DNA of 64,000 bases, from contig CAWBEU010000010.1 in NCBI GenBank assembly GCA_963787975.1, positions 27,272-91,271 on the forward strand, in the 5' to 3' direction. Shown piece by piece: positions 44,574-53,010 of this stretch (positions are counted from its first letter, which is position 1; each line of letters begins with the position of its first letter). A program made the position numbers and the translations under genes. Under the pieces are notes generated by a model. The model worked only from the letters and a program-made list of their open reading frames with translations. It was not told where the DNA came from and ran no database searches. The stretch is from an uncultured Thermoplasmata archaeon. Lineage in GTDB: Archaea; Thermoplasmatota; Thermoplasmata; Lutacidiplasmatales; UBA184.

Positions 44574-45392
44574 TCAAGGTTTGCCCGGAGACGCCCGCGC
44601 CGCACGCGCGGTCCTGCGGAGCCGCAACGCGTCTCTCAGCACGAGCGTCGCGAGTCCCAGGAGGATGGCTCCGGCCGCAAGCTCCGCGTACCAGCCGAGG
44701 GCGGGCCCCCAAAGGAAGGACTGCGACTCGGCTCCAGTAAACATGCCGCACTGTGTCGCAGAAGGTCCGCACGATCCCCAAAAAGTTGAGCCACCGACGA
44801 CCGTTCCCCCGCCCGGACCTAAGTCGTGGATCACCGCCGACGGCTGAAGTGCCGCCACGCCGATCGCGGCCCCCAACGTGAAAGCCGTTGCCACTGCGAA
44901 CGCCACACCGGCGCCCAACGTGACCCTCCAATCCGGCCTACGCTGCCGCTGATCGAGGACGAAGAGCGCCAGCGCGAAGAAACCTATCGAGATGGAAAAG
45001 ATCGAGGCTATCCACACGATCGAATACATGGTCTGCAGGTCACTCGACTCGGGGTGTGACGAAAAGGGAACGATGTCCTGGTACGGCTGGAGGGTACCCC
45101 CCGCCTCTTGATGGGTCAGCGTGCAGATCTCACCCCAAACTGGGGCGTCCACCGGGTACGTGTCGCAGAGGAACCGGTAGTTTGATCCGGGGTAGAAAGT
45201 CGTGGTCGTGTTGAGGTCGAATGTAGCATTTTCGACTGTCCAGTTGTGAACCTCGTTGGAAATCGTGTACCACGGGGTGATTGGTGAAACGATTGCCAAA
45301 GCGAGCGCGACCAGGGCAGTAACGAACAGCGCCCAGCCCTTGCGGGACCAGGGGGGCGGGCGGTTCGTGTCGGCGCCCGGTACAGTCGCCAT
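44574..45392 (-). CDS. Hypothetical membrane protein
   Basis: 272-aa ORF with an N-terminal TM helix, an extracytoplasmic segment carrying N-x-T sequons and Cys residues, then 3-4 TM helices. Confidence 0.4.
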   Translation of the reverse strand: MATVPGADTNRPPPWSRKGWALFVTALVALALAIVSPITPWYTISNEVHNWTVENATFDLNTTTTFYPGSNYRFLCDTYPVDAPVWGEICTLTHQEAGGTLQPYQDIVPFSSHPESSDLQTMYSIVWIASIFSISIGFFALALFVLDQRQRRPDWRVTLGAGVAFAVATAFTLGAAIGVAALQPSAVIHDLGPGGGTVVGGSTFWGSCGPSATQCGMFTGAESQSFLWGPALGWYAELAAGAILLGLATLVLRDALRLRRTARAARASPGKP

Positions 45393-45400
45393 GGAACCGA

Positions 45401-46942
45401 CTACTCCTCGCGCCGGGCCCGGTCAAGGAAATCGGCGACCCCGAACGGTCGCCCGGTGACCTCATTGAGCCTCGGGACCCAATCGTATCGAATCCCGTGA
45501 CGGAACCAGTTGTGGGCCAGCCATGGGATCACCTCGCGGTTGGGCCAGAAAGGCCCCGGGACCTGCTCCCGGATCGCCTGCCGAAACTGAGCTCCGAGAA
45601 GGCTTGCGATCAGGTAGTTCTTCGAATAGAACGCCGCTTCGATCCAGAAGGGGTCCGCGTACGGTGCCTCGGGGTACTGGTCAAACCCGAAGGCGGCTCG
45701 ATCAGTCCGGTGGAAGCGCGGACCGAGGTTCTCCCCGGGGTGCTTGTACAATTGAATTTCTTTCCAAACCCAGCTCGCCGTGTACGCTCCTATGCGCAGT
45801 TCTTCGTCCTGCATGTTCTCCCGGAACTGCCGAACCAGGTCCACCGTGACCCCGGGTCGGTCGCGGAGCCACGAGTCCAGGCTCGCGATACGCTCGAAGA
45901 GGCCGCCGATCCCTTCGTGGAACCCGGCGAAGCCCGGAACGTTCTCCGGACCACGCAGGACGTGAGTGGACCCTCGGGTGTACCGGTCCTGCACTGCGTG
46001 TCCGAACTCGTGCAACAAGATGCCGTAGTGGAGCCAACCGCCCTTAGGATTCACCGCGACGCGCGTATCGTTGGGCAATTCCACGGCCAGGGTCATTCCG
46101 CCGATCGGGATCGATCGCTGGACGATCCGGAAGGGGCGACGTGGACCGCGAAACCCCCACCCACGTATCGTGCGCAGGCAGTCCGGCACCATCGTCCGGC
46201 CGGAAAAAGCGGAGGCCGGGAGCGGGTTTCGTCCTTCCGCCGCTCGCCATGAATCCCATGGGAAGAACCCCGATTCGCCGGAGCGCTGCTCGAATTGTTC
46301 CCGGAACCGGCGGGACGTCGCCCGAGCCGCCGGCAGAATCCGAGCGATGAACCCCTCCAGCTGAGCGAGGGGCAGGCTCTCCGACCGGAGGCGGAAATCC
46401 ATGAACGAGCGGTATCCGAGCTCCCGGGCGCGAGCGTTCCGGGTCTCGACGAGTCGGCGGAGATCCCGTCCGAGATCCTTAGCCAGTTGTTGCAGTGCAA
46501 GGTACGCCCTACGTCGGACCCGCCGGTCATCCTCGAACCTCAGGACTTCTCGCACGCGCGCCTCGGTGACTGGGTGCCCTTCCCACTCGGGACGGAAGGC
46601 GAACACTCGTTTGATGAGCGGAGCGCGCAGACGCACGACTGAAGGGTGCTGCTCGATCAGGGCGTCCTCCGCGATGCGGCGGAATAGCTCCAGTCGGCGA
46701 GCCAACAGGGGAGGATGTGGATGCGCCTGGGCCGCTCTGAGAAAGCGGAGCAGGTCCTCTCGGCCGACCAGCCTCGAGCGCAGCGCGTCCCACCGGCCGG
46801 TGCCGGCCGACGAGACCCCTGCGTACTGGTTCCACCAGGCGAGGAATAAAGAGTGATCCAGTTCGGCGAGCCCACGTTCGAGGCGATTCAGGTAGCTGGC
46901 CACCTGTGTGGAAGTCCCCGGGGTCGCCGGCGGTCGCTCCAA
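45401..46942 (-). CDS. Zinc metallopeptidase, M3-like (HEFGH)
   Basis: 513 aa. ILLHEFGHAVQDRY with a downstream FHEGIGGLFE (third-ligand Glu) in a mainly helical protein. The family assignment (M3 versus a related gluzincin) is uncertain. Confidence 0.55.
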   Translation of the reverse strand: MERPPATPGTSTQVASYLNRLERGLAELDHSLFLAWWNQYAGVSSAGTGRWDALRSRLVGREDLLRFLRAAQAHPHPPLLARRLELFRRIAEDALIEQHPSVVRLRAPLIKRVFAFRPEWEGHPVTEARVREVLRFEDDRRVRRRAYLALQQLAKDLGRDLRRLVETRNARARELGYRSFMDFRLRSESLPLAQLEGFIARILPAARATSRRFREQFEQRSGESGFFPWDSWRAAEGRNPLPASAFSGRTMVPDCLRTIRGWGFRGPRRPFRIVQRSIPIGGMTLAVELPNDTRVAVNPKGGWLHYGILLHEFGHAVQDRYTRGSTHVLRGPENVPGFAGFHEGIGGLFERIASLDSWLRDRPGVTVDLVRQFRENMQDEELRIGAYTASWVWKEIQLYKHPGENLGPRFHRTDRAAFGFDQYPEAPYADPFWIEAAFYSKNYLIASLLGAQFRQAIREQVPGPFWPNREVIPWLAHNWFRHGIRYDWVPRLNEVTGRPFGVADFLDRARREE

Positions 46943-47070
46943 GGGTTCCTCCGGATGGAAGGTTCAGTCGCCTTAGAGGTTCCGGGCCCGGCGACCAGGA
47001 GCGGGCGGGTCCTAGAAAGCGCATTTAGGTCGTAACGCGTCCGACCGCCCGGGGTCGTCGCACGCCACAA

Positions 47071-47451
47071 GTGGGTGACAAGCAATCCATCGAGCACACG
47101 TTCACGCTCGAGGAGGTCCGGGCATTCGTCGAGGCGTCAGGGGACCGAGGGCTCCAGCACCTTACACCGGATTCCCGTGGTCGCTTGATGGTGCACGGGC
47201 TTCTCTTGGGTACGCTTCCGACCATTGTCGGGGGGAGGCTGAACTTCCTGGCTCGGGAGATGACCTTCGAGTTTCTTCGGCCGGTCTTCACCGGTGAGCC
47301 GGTTCGCTGCGACGTCGTTCTCACCGGGTGGGAACCGGCGGCGGACCGCATTCTGGTCGCCGCAGAATGGGAATGTGCGAATCGCGATCAGCTGACGGTG
47401 ATGCGCGGCCGAGCCACGGGTATCGTTAGACCCCCGACAAAGCCGGGATGA
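47071..47451 (+). CDS. MaoC-like hotdog-fold dehydratase
   Basis: FVEASGDRGLQH...RLMVHGLLLGTL...FLRPVFTGEPVRCDVVL is a typical MaoC dehydratase pattern. GTG start. Confidence 0.6.
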   Translation: MGDKQSIEHTFTLEEVRAFVEASGDRGLQHLTPDSRGRLMVHGLLLGTLPTIVGGRLNFLAREMTFEFLRPVFTGEPVRCDVVLTGWEPAADRILVAAEWECANRDQLTVMRGRATGIVRPPTKPG

Positions 47452-47838
47452 ACGGAGCCTTCTTCCAGGGGCCTCTCGCTCCCAGGCCGACTGACTCGTG
47501 GGTCGCTCCTCGGAACCGCCCTCGAAACGATTATGACAGGTGAGCCCGCGTCTAGGGCGTCGGCGAGGCAAGGAGCCGGACCCGCCGCCGCGTCCATAGC
47601 GTCTGGTTCATCGGCCCCGGCCTTGGCGTTCTCGAGCGGGGGAGGCCCGCTCGCTTTCCTTCGTTCTCCGGATTCGGTCGGAAATACTGATAATGTGGTC
47701 GTAATGGTGCCGAGGCCAGGAATGTCGCCTTCGAGAACACGCCCATTCCGTCGTCCGTCTGCGGCCAGTGGGCGTGGTGTTCCGGCTCGTCGCACGCGCC
47801 TCGCCGAGCCACGTCCGCCCGGATTCTCCGTGCGATAC

Positions 47839-49770
47839 ATGGACCCCTCCGTGTCGCCCGGGGAGGATTTCTACCGGTTCGCCGTGGGCTCCTGGATCCA
47901 ACGCAACCCGGTCCCGGCCGATAAGTCGCGGTGGGGCGCCTTTGAGGAACTCAACGAGTACAATTACCAACGACTGCACCGACTCGTCGAGCGGACGAAC
48001 CGTCACCGAAGCCCCCATCTGCGATCGGTCGCGCGCGAAGTGGGAGACTTCTATGCGTCCGCGATGGACCTGTCTCGGCGGAACCGGCTGAGGTTCCTCC
48101 CCATCGCCTCGGATCTGCAGCGGATCGAATCGATCCGGTCGGTCGACGATTTCGTTCGGCTGCTCGCGGAGTTCCACAGCAAAGGAATCCCTGCACTGTT
48201 CTCGACGATGGTCTACCCAGACAAGAAGCAGAGCCGTGTGTACGCCTTCTACATCCAGCAGGGCGGGCTCTCCCTGCCGGACCGCGAGTACTACCTCGCG
48301 CCCGGGTTCGAACCGCAGAGAAAGGCCTTCGAACGCCACCTGGTCCAGGCCTTCTCGCTCCTGGGTGACCCCCTGGCGGAGGCCCGCCGCCGCGCCACAG
48401 TGGTCATCGGCATCGAGACCGAGCTGGCGAAAGCGAGCCGTTCCCGCACCGACTTGCGAGATGAGCAGAAGAATTACCACAAGACCTCGATTCGCAGGCT
48501 CCGGGCTCGATTTCCGGCGATAGACTGGGATCGCTATTTATCCGGTCGGGGTGCAAAACGGCTCTCCTACGCGATCGTGGGCCAGCCCGAGTTCCTAGCG
48601 GGGGTGGAGAAGCTCCTCCGCCGGGGACCGATATCGGATTGGAGGACCTACGCTCGCTGGCACCTGCTGCGGACGAGTGCACCTTTTCTGCATCGCGAGA
48701 TCGAAGCCGAATACTTTCGGTTCTATCAAAAGACACTTCTCGGGCAGCAGCATCCGGAGCCGCCCTGGAGGAGGGCCGTCCGCGCCGCCGACCGGGCGAT
48801 CGGCGACGCACTCGGCCAGCTCTTCGTCGCCGAATGCTTTCCCCCCGAGGCCGCCGCCCGCATGAAGAAGCTCGTCGCCGACCTACGCGAGGTGTTCCGC
48901 GATCGTCTCCAGAGTCTGGAATGGATGACCCCGGCGACCCGGCGGCGAGCGTTGGCAAAGTTCGGTCGGTTCACTACGAAGATTGGACACCCGAGACACT
49001 TCCGTAACGACTCGTCCTTGCGGATCGATCGGCGGGACTACCTAGGCAACGTGCGCCGCGCGCTCGAGTTCGAGTCCCGCCGGAAGATGGCCCGGTTGGG
49101 ACACCGAGTGGACCCCGACGAGTGGCGAATGACGGCCCCCATGGTCAATGCGTACTTCGACCCGACGCAGAACGAGATCGTGTTTCCCGCCGGTATTCTC
49201 CAACCTCCGTTCTTCGACTCCACGATGGACGATGCGGTCAACTATGGCGGGATCGGCCTTGTGATCGGGCACGAGATCACCCACGGATACGACGATCAAG
49301 GCCGTCGATACGACGAGCGGGGCAACCTGCGCGACTGGTGGACCCCGAAGGACGCGCGGGAGTTCCAACGTCGCGCGAAGAAGATCATCGCAGAGTACGA
49401 CGAGTTCGAGGCTCTGCCGGGGGCGCACGTCAAGGGCGCTCTGACGGTGGGCGAGAACATCGCTGACCTGGGCGGCGTCAGCATCGCCTTCGAAGCGCTT
49501 CAGCAACGCCTTGCAAGAGACCCCGCAGGCCGTCGGCCAGTTGCGGGGCTCACGCCCGAGCAGCGGTTCTTCATCTCCTACGCTCAGATCTGGAGAGAAA
49601 CGGTTCGTATGCAGGATGCCCGGCGGCTCCTGACAGTGGACGAGCACGCCCCGGGCCGGTTTCGCGTGATCGGGGCCATCGTGAACTCGGGACCGTTTTT
49701 CGAGGCCTTCGGAATACGCAAGGGCGCGCCCATGTTCCGGCCGGAAAAGCTCCGGGTGCAGATCTGGTGA
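47839..49770 (+). CDS. pepO: M13 family metallopeptidase (PepO/neprilysin-like)
   Basis: Within ORF 47533..49770; ATG 47839 (MDPSVSPGEDFYRFAVGSW). Contains VNAYFDPTQNEIVFPAGILQPPFF, GIGLVIGHEITHGYDDQG (HExxH), GENIADLGG and CxxW replaced by RVQIW at the C-terminus. Confidence 0.85.
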   Translation: MDPSVSPGEDFYRFAVGSWIQRNPVPADKSRWGAFEELNEYNYQRLHRLVERTNRHRSPHLRSVAREVGDFYASAMDLSRRNRLRFLPIASDLQRIESIRSVDDFVRLLAEFHSKGIPALFSTMVYPDKKQSRVYAFYIQQGGLSLPDREYYLAPGFEPQRKAFERHLVQAFSLLGDPLAEARRRATVVIGIETELAKASRSRTDLRDEQKNYHKTSIRRLRARFPAIDWDRYLSGRGAKRLSYAIVGQPEFLAGVEKLLRRGPISDWRTYARWHLLRTSAPFLHREIEAEYFRFYQKTLLGQQHPEPPWRRAVRAADRAIGDALGQLFVAECFPPEAAARMKKLVADLREVFRDRLQSLEWMTPATRRRALAKFGRFTTKIGHPRHFRNDSSLRIDRRDYLGNVRRALEFESRRKMARLGHRVDPDEWRMTAPMVNAYFDPTQNEIVFPAGILQPPFFDSTMDDAVNYGGIGLVIGHEITHGYDDQGRRYDERGNLRDWWTPKDAREFQRRAKKIIAEYDEFEALPGAHVKGALTVGENIADLGGVSIAFEALQQRLARDPAGRRPVAGLTPEQRFFISYAQIWRETVRMQDARRLLTVDEHAPGRFRVIGAIVNSGPFFEAFGIRKGAPMFRPEKLRVQIW

Positions 49771-49822
49771 GCCGCGTTCCGGCTGCTTAGCGCCTGTCAC
49801 CTGAGTTGGAGGGGCTATCCTT

Positions 49823-50107
49823 ATGTCGAGTCACCCATCGAACTCATCGCTCACGAGCCACGGTGAATCCACGATGAAGACCGCTTCCCTGAGGTCCCTG
49901 ACGCTGACCGTCTTCGGCCTCATCGCGGCGCTCTGGTTCCTTCTGACCCTCGTCGCGCTGGTCGCCAGCATCGTCGGCGGCAATCCGTTGTACACCGTGG
50001 TCCACGGGAGCGTCGCGCTCCCCCAACTGTCCCTGCTCGGACAAGTGTACCTCGTTTCGTCGGGTCTTATGCCCTTCATCGTGATCGGCGCCATCGCGTC
50101 GGCTTAG
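49823..50107 (+). CDS. Small membrane protein, hypothetical
   Basis: 94-aa ORF with two hydrophobic helices (LTLTVFGLIAALWFLLTLVALVASIV, LVSSGLMPFIVIGAIA). Confidence 0.35.
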   Translation: MSSHPSNSSLTSHGESTMKTASLRSLTLTVFGLIAALWFLLTLVALVASIVGGNPLYTVVHGSVALPQLSLLGQVYLVSSGLMPFIVIGAIASA

Positions 50108-50254
50108 AGGATCGGCGACCTACGGACGACGCGAGCCTCGGCCGACGGCGTCCTCTCGGTGCCGCCAAGAGGTGGGGTCCGGAAGGTCGCCTCGACCCCG
50201 TGCGGACGCTTTATGGGCGCGAGCGATGCAACGACCTTCCCGCGGTCTGATCCC

Positions 50255-51142
50255 ATGTCCGAAGTGCGCGGCCCATTCGACCCTGCGGCCCGGAAGGAGC
50301 GCATCAGCGAGGGCTGGGATGCCATGGCGGAGAAATGGGACTCCTGGGCGCCGATCGTCGACGCCTGGTTCGCGCCGGCCACGAGCGTACTTCTCGAAAG
50401 GCTCCGCCTCAAGGCGGGCGATCGCGTCCTCGAACTGGCCGCGGGCAGTGGGGGATTGACCCTTCATCTTGCCCGGGCCGTCGGCCCGGAGGGACGAGTC
50501 GTCGCGACCGATTCCGGCCCGAACATGGTGAAGTTGGCGGCTCGGAATGCCCGCGCCGCGGGGCTTTCGAACGTGGTCGCCCGCGTGATGGACGGCGAGG
50601 CCCCCGACGTGCCATGGGCTTCGATGGACGCCGTGGCCTGTCGCCAGGGGTTCATGTTCTTAGCCGATCCCACTAGCGCCCTCGGGCGGCTCTTCCCGAT
50701 CCTCCGGCCGGGAGGCAGGATTGGGCTGACGGTCTTCTCGACGCCGGAGCGAAACGGGTTCATGGCCGTTCCTTTTTCGATTCTATCTCAGTGGAAACGG
50801 CCCGAGGGGAGCACCGAGCCCACCGCGGAGGGTCCGGGTCCGTTCAGTTTGGGCGCGCCTGGGTTGCTCGATTCCATGCTACGGCACACCGGGTACGCGG
50901 AAGTGGAGGTCCAGGCGGTTCGGTCGCCGCTCCATCTTCCTTCTGTCGACGAGCTGCTGCGGTTTGACGACGATATCTTGGGGGATCTCGTGGCCGACCT
51001 GCCCCCGGCGGCCCAGAAGGAGGCCTGGCGCGCGGTGGCGGAGGCGTCCGCTGACTACGCTGGGCCCCACTCGGAAGGGGCACCGTGCGAGTTGCTCGTA
51101 GTCTCCGGTCGCAGGCCTGCGACCAAGGACGAGACCGTATAG
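50255..51142 (+). CDS. Class I SAM-dependent methyltransferase
   Basis: Within ORF 50159..51142; ATG 50255. VLELAAGSGGLTLHLA (motif I), VVATDSGPNM, and RPGGRIGLTVF. Confidence 0.75.
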   Translation: MSEVRGPFDPAARKERISEGWDAMAEKWDSWAPIVDAWFAPATSVLLERLRLKAGDRVLELAAGSGGLTLHLARAVGPEGRVVATDSGPNMVKLAARNARAAGLSNVVARVMDGEAPDVPWASMDAVACRQGFMFLADPTSALGRLFPILRPGGRIGLTVFSTPERNGFMAVPFSILSQWKRPEGSTEPTAEGPGPFSLGAPGLLDSMLRHTGYAEVEVQAVRSPLHLPSVDELLRFDDDILGDLVADLPPAAQKEAWRAVAEASADYAGPHSEGAPCELLVVSGRRPATKDETV

Positions 51143-51182
51143 TCCCGGTCCGGAACTCGGCGGAGGCGCCCGGGCGATTTGG

Positions 51183-51491
51183 TCAGCGCGCGCGAGCAGG
51201 TGGCCGCTTGCGGCCGCGGACCTTCTCGTCGATTCTCAGGTAGATGTGCGTGAGGTCGGGTTCGAGCCCACCGGTGCAATAGATCGTACCGTTCTGGTAA
51301 CCCGTGAACACGCTGCTCCCAAGTCGAGCTCGCCAGAGTTCGTTCTCGCCCCGGAGGTCGCGGTCGAGTCCTCCGACCTTCGAGAGCAGGTTGCGGACCT
51401 CGAACGACGTGGGAAGCGGGACTTCCCGCCACGTCTTGGTCGGTACTCCGCGGTAGAGCACGCCCGAGGTGGCGCCCGAGTGACCTGCCAT
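51183..51491 (-). CDS. Hypothetical protein
   Basis: 102-aa ORF with reasonable composition (…FTGYQNGTIYCTGG… and a basic tail). There is a vague resemblance to TBP-like RNase HIII N-terminal domains, but I could not support it. Confidence 0.35.
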   Translation of the reverse strand: MAGHSGATSGVLYRGVPTKTWREVPLPTSFEVRNLLSKVGGLDRDLRGENELWRARLGSSVFTGYQNGTIYCTGGLEPDLTHIYLRIDEKVRGRKRPPARAR

Positions 51492-51614
51492 GTGGACCCG
51501 TCCTGAGCACGCTCATGGCTATGAAACATGCGATTGCGCTACTTCCTTGCGGCCCGTTGGGCCCAAACGAGCCTGGTGGCGTCGATCGACGCGGCGGGGC
51601 GCGCGAATTCCTGC

Positions 51615-51996
51615 CTAGCGGGACCCCGCTATGATGAACTCGTTCCCATCCGGGTCCGCGAACACGCCCCGGACTAGGCCCCACGGCATCTTCAGGGCCT
51701 CCGCGACGACCGTTCCGCCAGCCTGACGGATTTCGTTCAAGGCAACGGCGGGGTCCGGATGGGAAAAGATGATCCCGCTGACCGTGCCGGCCCTCCTCCC
51801 GGGGGTCCGACATCACGTGCATCGACAGCACGGCGGTTGTCCCCGGTAGAGCGTAGACGAGCCGCTGCCGCTCCGGCTGATACTCCTTCTCCTCCAGTCC
51901 GAGGACTTCCCCGTAGAAACGCCGAGACCGGGCCACGTCGGTGATATGAACGGTGACGGCGCTCAGCCCTTGGACCAGCGGCGGCTTCTGCGGCAT
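51615..51996 (-). CDS. VOC/glyoxalase family protein, frame interrupted by an apparent 1-nt insertion near 51787-51806
   Basis: ATG 51996 opens MPQKPPLVQGLSAVTVHITDVARSRRFYGEVLGLEE...VLSMHVMSDPREE. My translation of the next frame continues GTVSGIIFSHPDPAVALNEIRQAGGTVVAEALKMPWGLVRGVFADPDGNEFIIAGSR, with the stop at 51615-51617. The track ORF 51055..51996 is read-through after the shift. Confidence 0.65.
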
Positions 51997-52080
51997 GAGC
52001 GCTGTAAAGGAGCACGCCGCTTTGAATGTTCGGATTCGGCGACTCGGAAGGTCTATAGGCGATCGGAAGGTTGAACGCCT

Positions 52081-52938
52081 GTGTCGGCGCTTCCGCCCGT
52101 CCAGAAGCTTCCGTTGTGCGAGGCCTGGTTCGAGATCGAGGTCGCGGGGCCGGATCTAGTTCGGATCACCGAACCCCACATCGATGTCTTTCTCCGCGCC
52201 AACGCGTGGCTCCAGCTTGGCCGCGACCGGGACTTGCTCGTCGACACCGGGAACGGGATCGCGGCGTTACTTCCGGTGGTCCAGCGACTGCGCAAGGCGC
52301 CGGATAAACCGCTCATCGCGTTCGCTACGCACTCCCACCAGGATCATGCCGGCGGATTGCACGAGTTCGCAGAACGGTGGGTTCACCCCGCCGATGCCGA
52401 GGCCACCGCGTCCCCGACGCGGCTGCTCTTCCGGGGCGACGTCGGCGCTGCCACCCGGCAGCTGGTGGTGGAGGCGGGAGGAACGCTACCGGACATTCTC
52501 ATCGAGGCCGTGCCCAGTCGCGCGTTCAACGCCCTGCAGTTCCAGCCGCACCCGGCGATCGCGACGCGAACGGTCGAGGAAGGGAGTGTGGTCGACTTGG
52601 GCGACCGGCAGTTCGAGGTCTTCCACTTGCCGGGCCACACCCACGGCTCTGCAGGGCTGTGGGAGTCCCGTACCGGGACGCTGTTCTCCGGGGACGCGGT
52701 GTACGCCACCGATCCGCTGATCGATACGACCCCCACGTCGAGTATACCGGAGTACCTCGAGACCATGCGCCGTCTACGCCAGCTACCGGTAACCGTCGTG
52801 CGACCCGGTCACGATTACAGCTTCGGGCGAGAGCTGTTGATCGAAAGGTGCGATGGGTATATCGCGCGACGTTCCCGCGAGCACGTCGTCCCTTCCCTCT
52901 CCCCCGGAGAGGGTAGGCCTGCGCCGGGCTTGCTCTAG
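52081..52938 (+). CDS. MBL-fold metallo-hydrolase
   Basis: IAFATHSHQDHAGGLHEF (HxHxDH), HLPGHTHGS and FSGDAVY. Confidence 0.75.
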   Translation: MSALPPVQKLPLCEAWFEIEVAGPDLVRITEPHIDVFLRANAWLQLGRDRDLLVDTGNGIAALLPVVQRLRKAPDKPLIAFATHSHQDHAGGLHEFAERWVHPADAEATASPTRLLFRGDVGAATRQLVVEAGGTLPDILIEAVPSRAFNALQFQPHPAIATRTVEEGSVVDLGDRQFEVFHLPGHTHGSAGLWESRTGTLFSGDAVYATDPLIDTTPTSSIPEYLETMRRLRQLPVTVVRPGHDYSFGRELLIERCDGYIARRSREHVVPSLSPGEGRPAPGLL

Positions 52939-53010
52939 ATCTCATCCGTCCCGGCGACGCCCCAGGTGGGAGCCGCGAGCAGGGCTCGACTTGACTGAAA
53001 GAGCGCCGGC

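Noticed and set aside
51055-51996. 313-aa ORF offered by the track as a single gene.
   Set aside because: Only the first roughly 65 residues look like a real protein (VOC family). The rest is read-through after a frameshift. It also overlaps ORF 51183..51491 on the same strand. I replaced it with the frameshifted VOC model 51615..51996.
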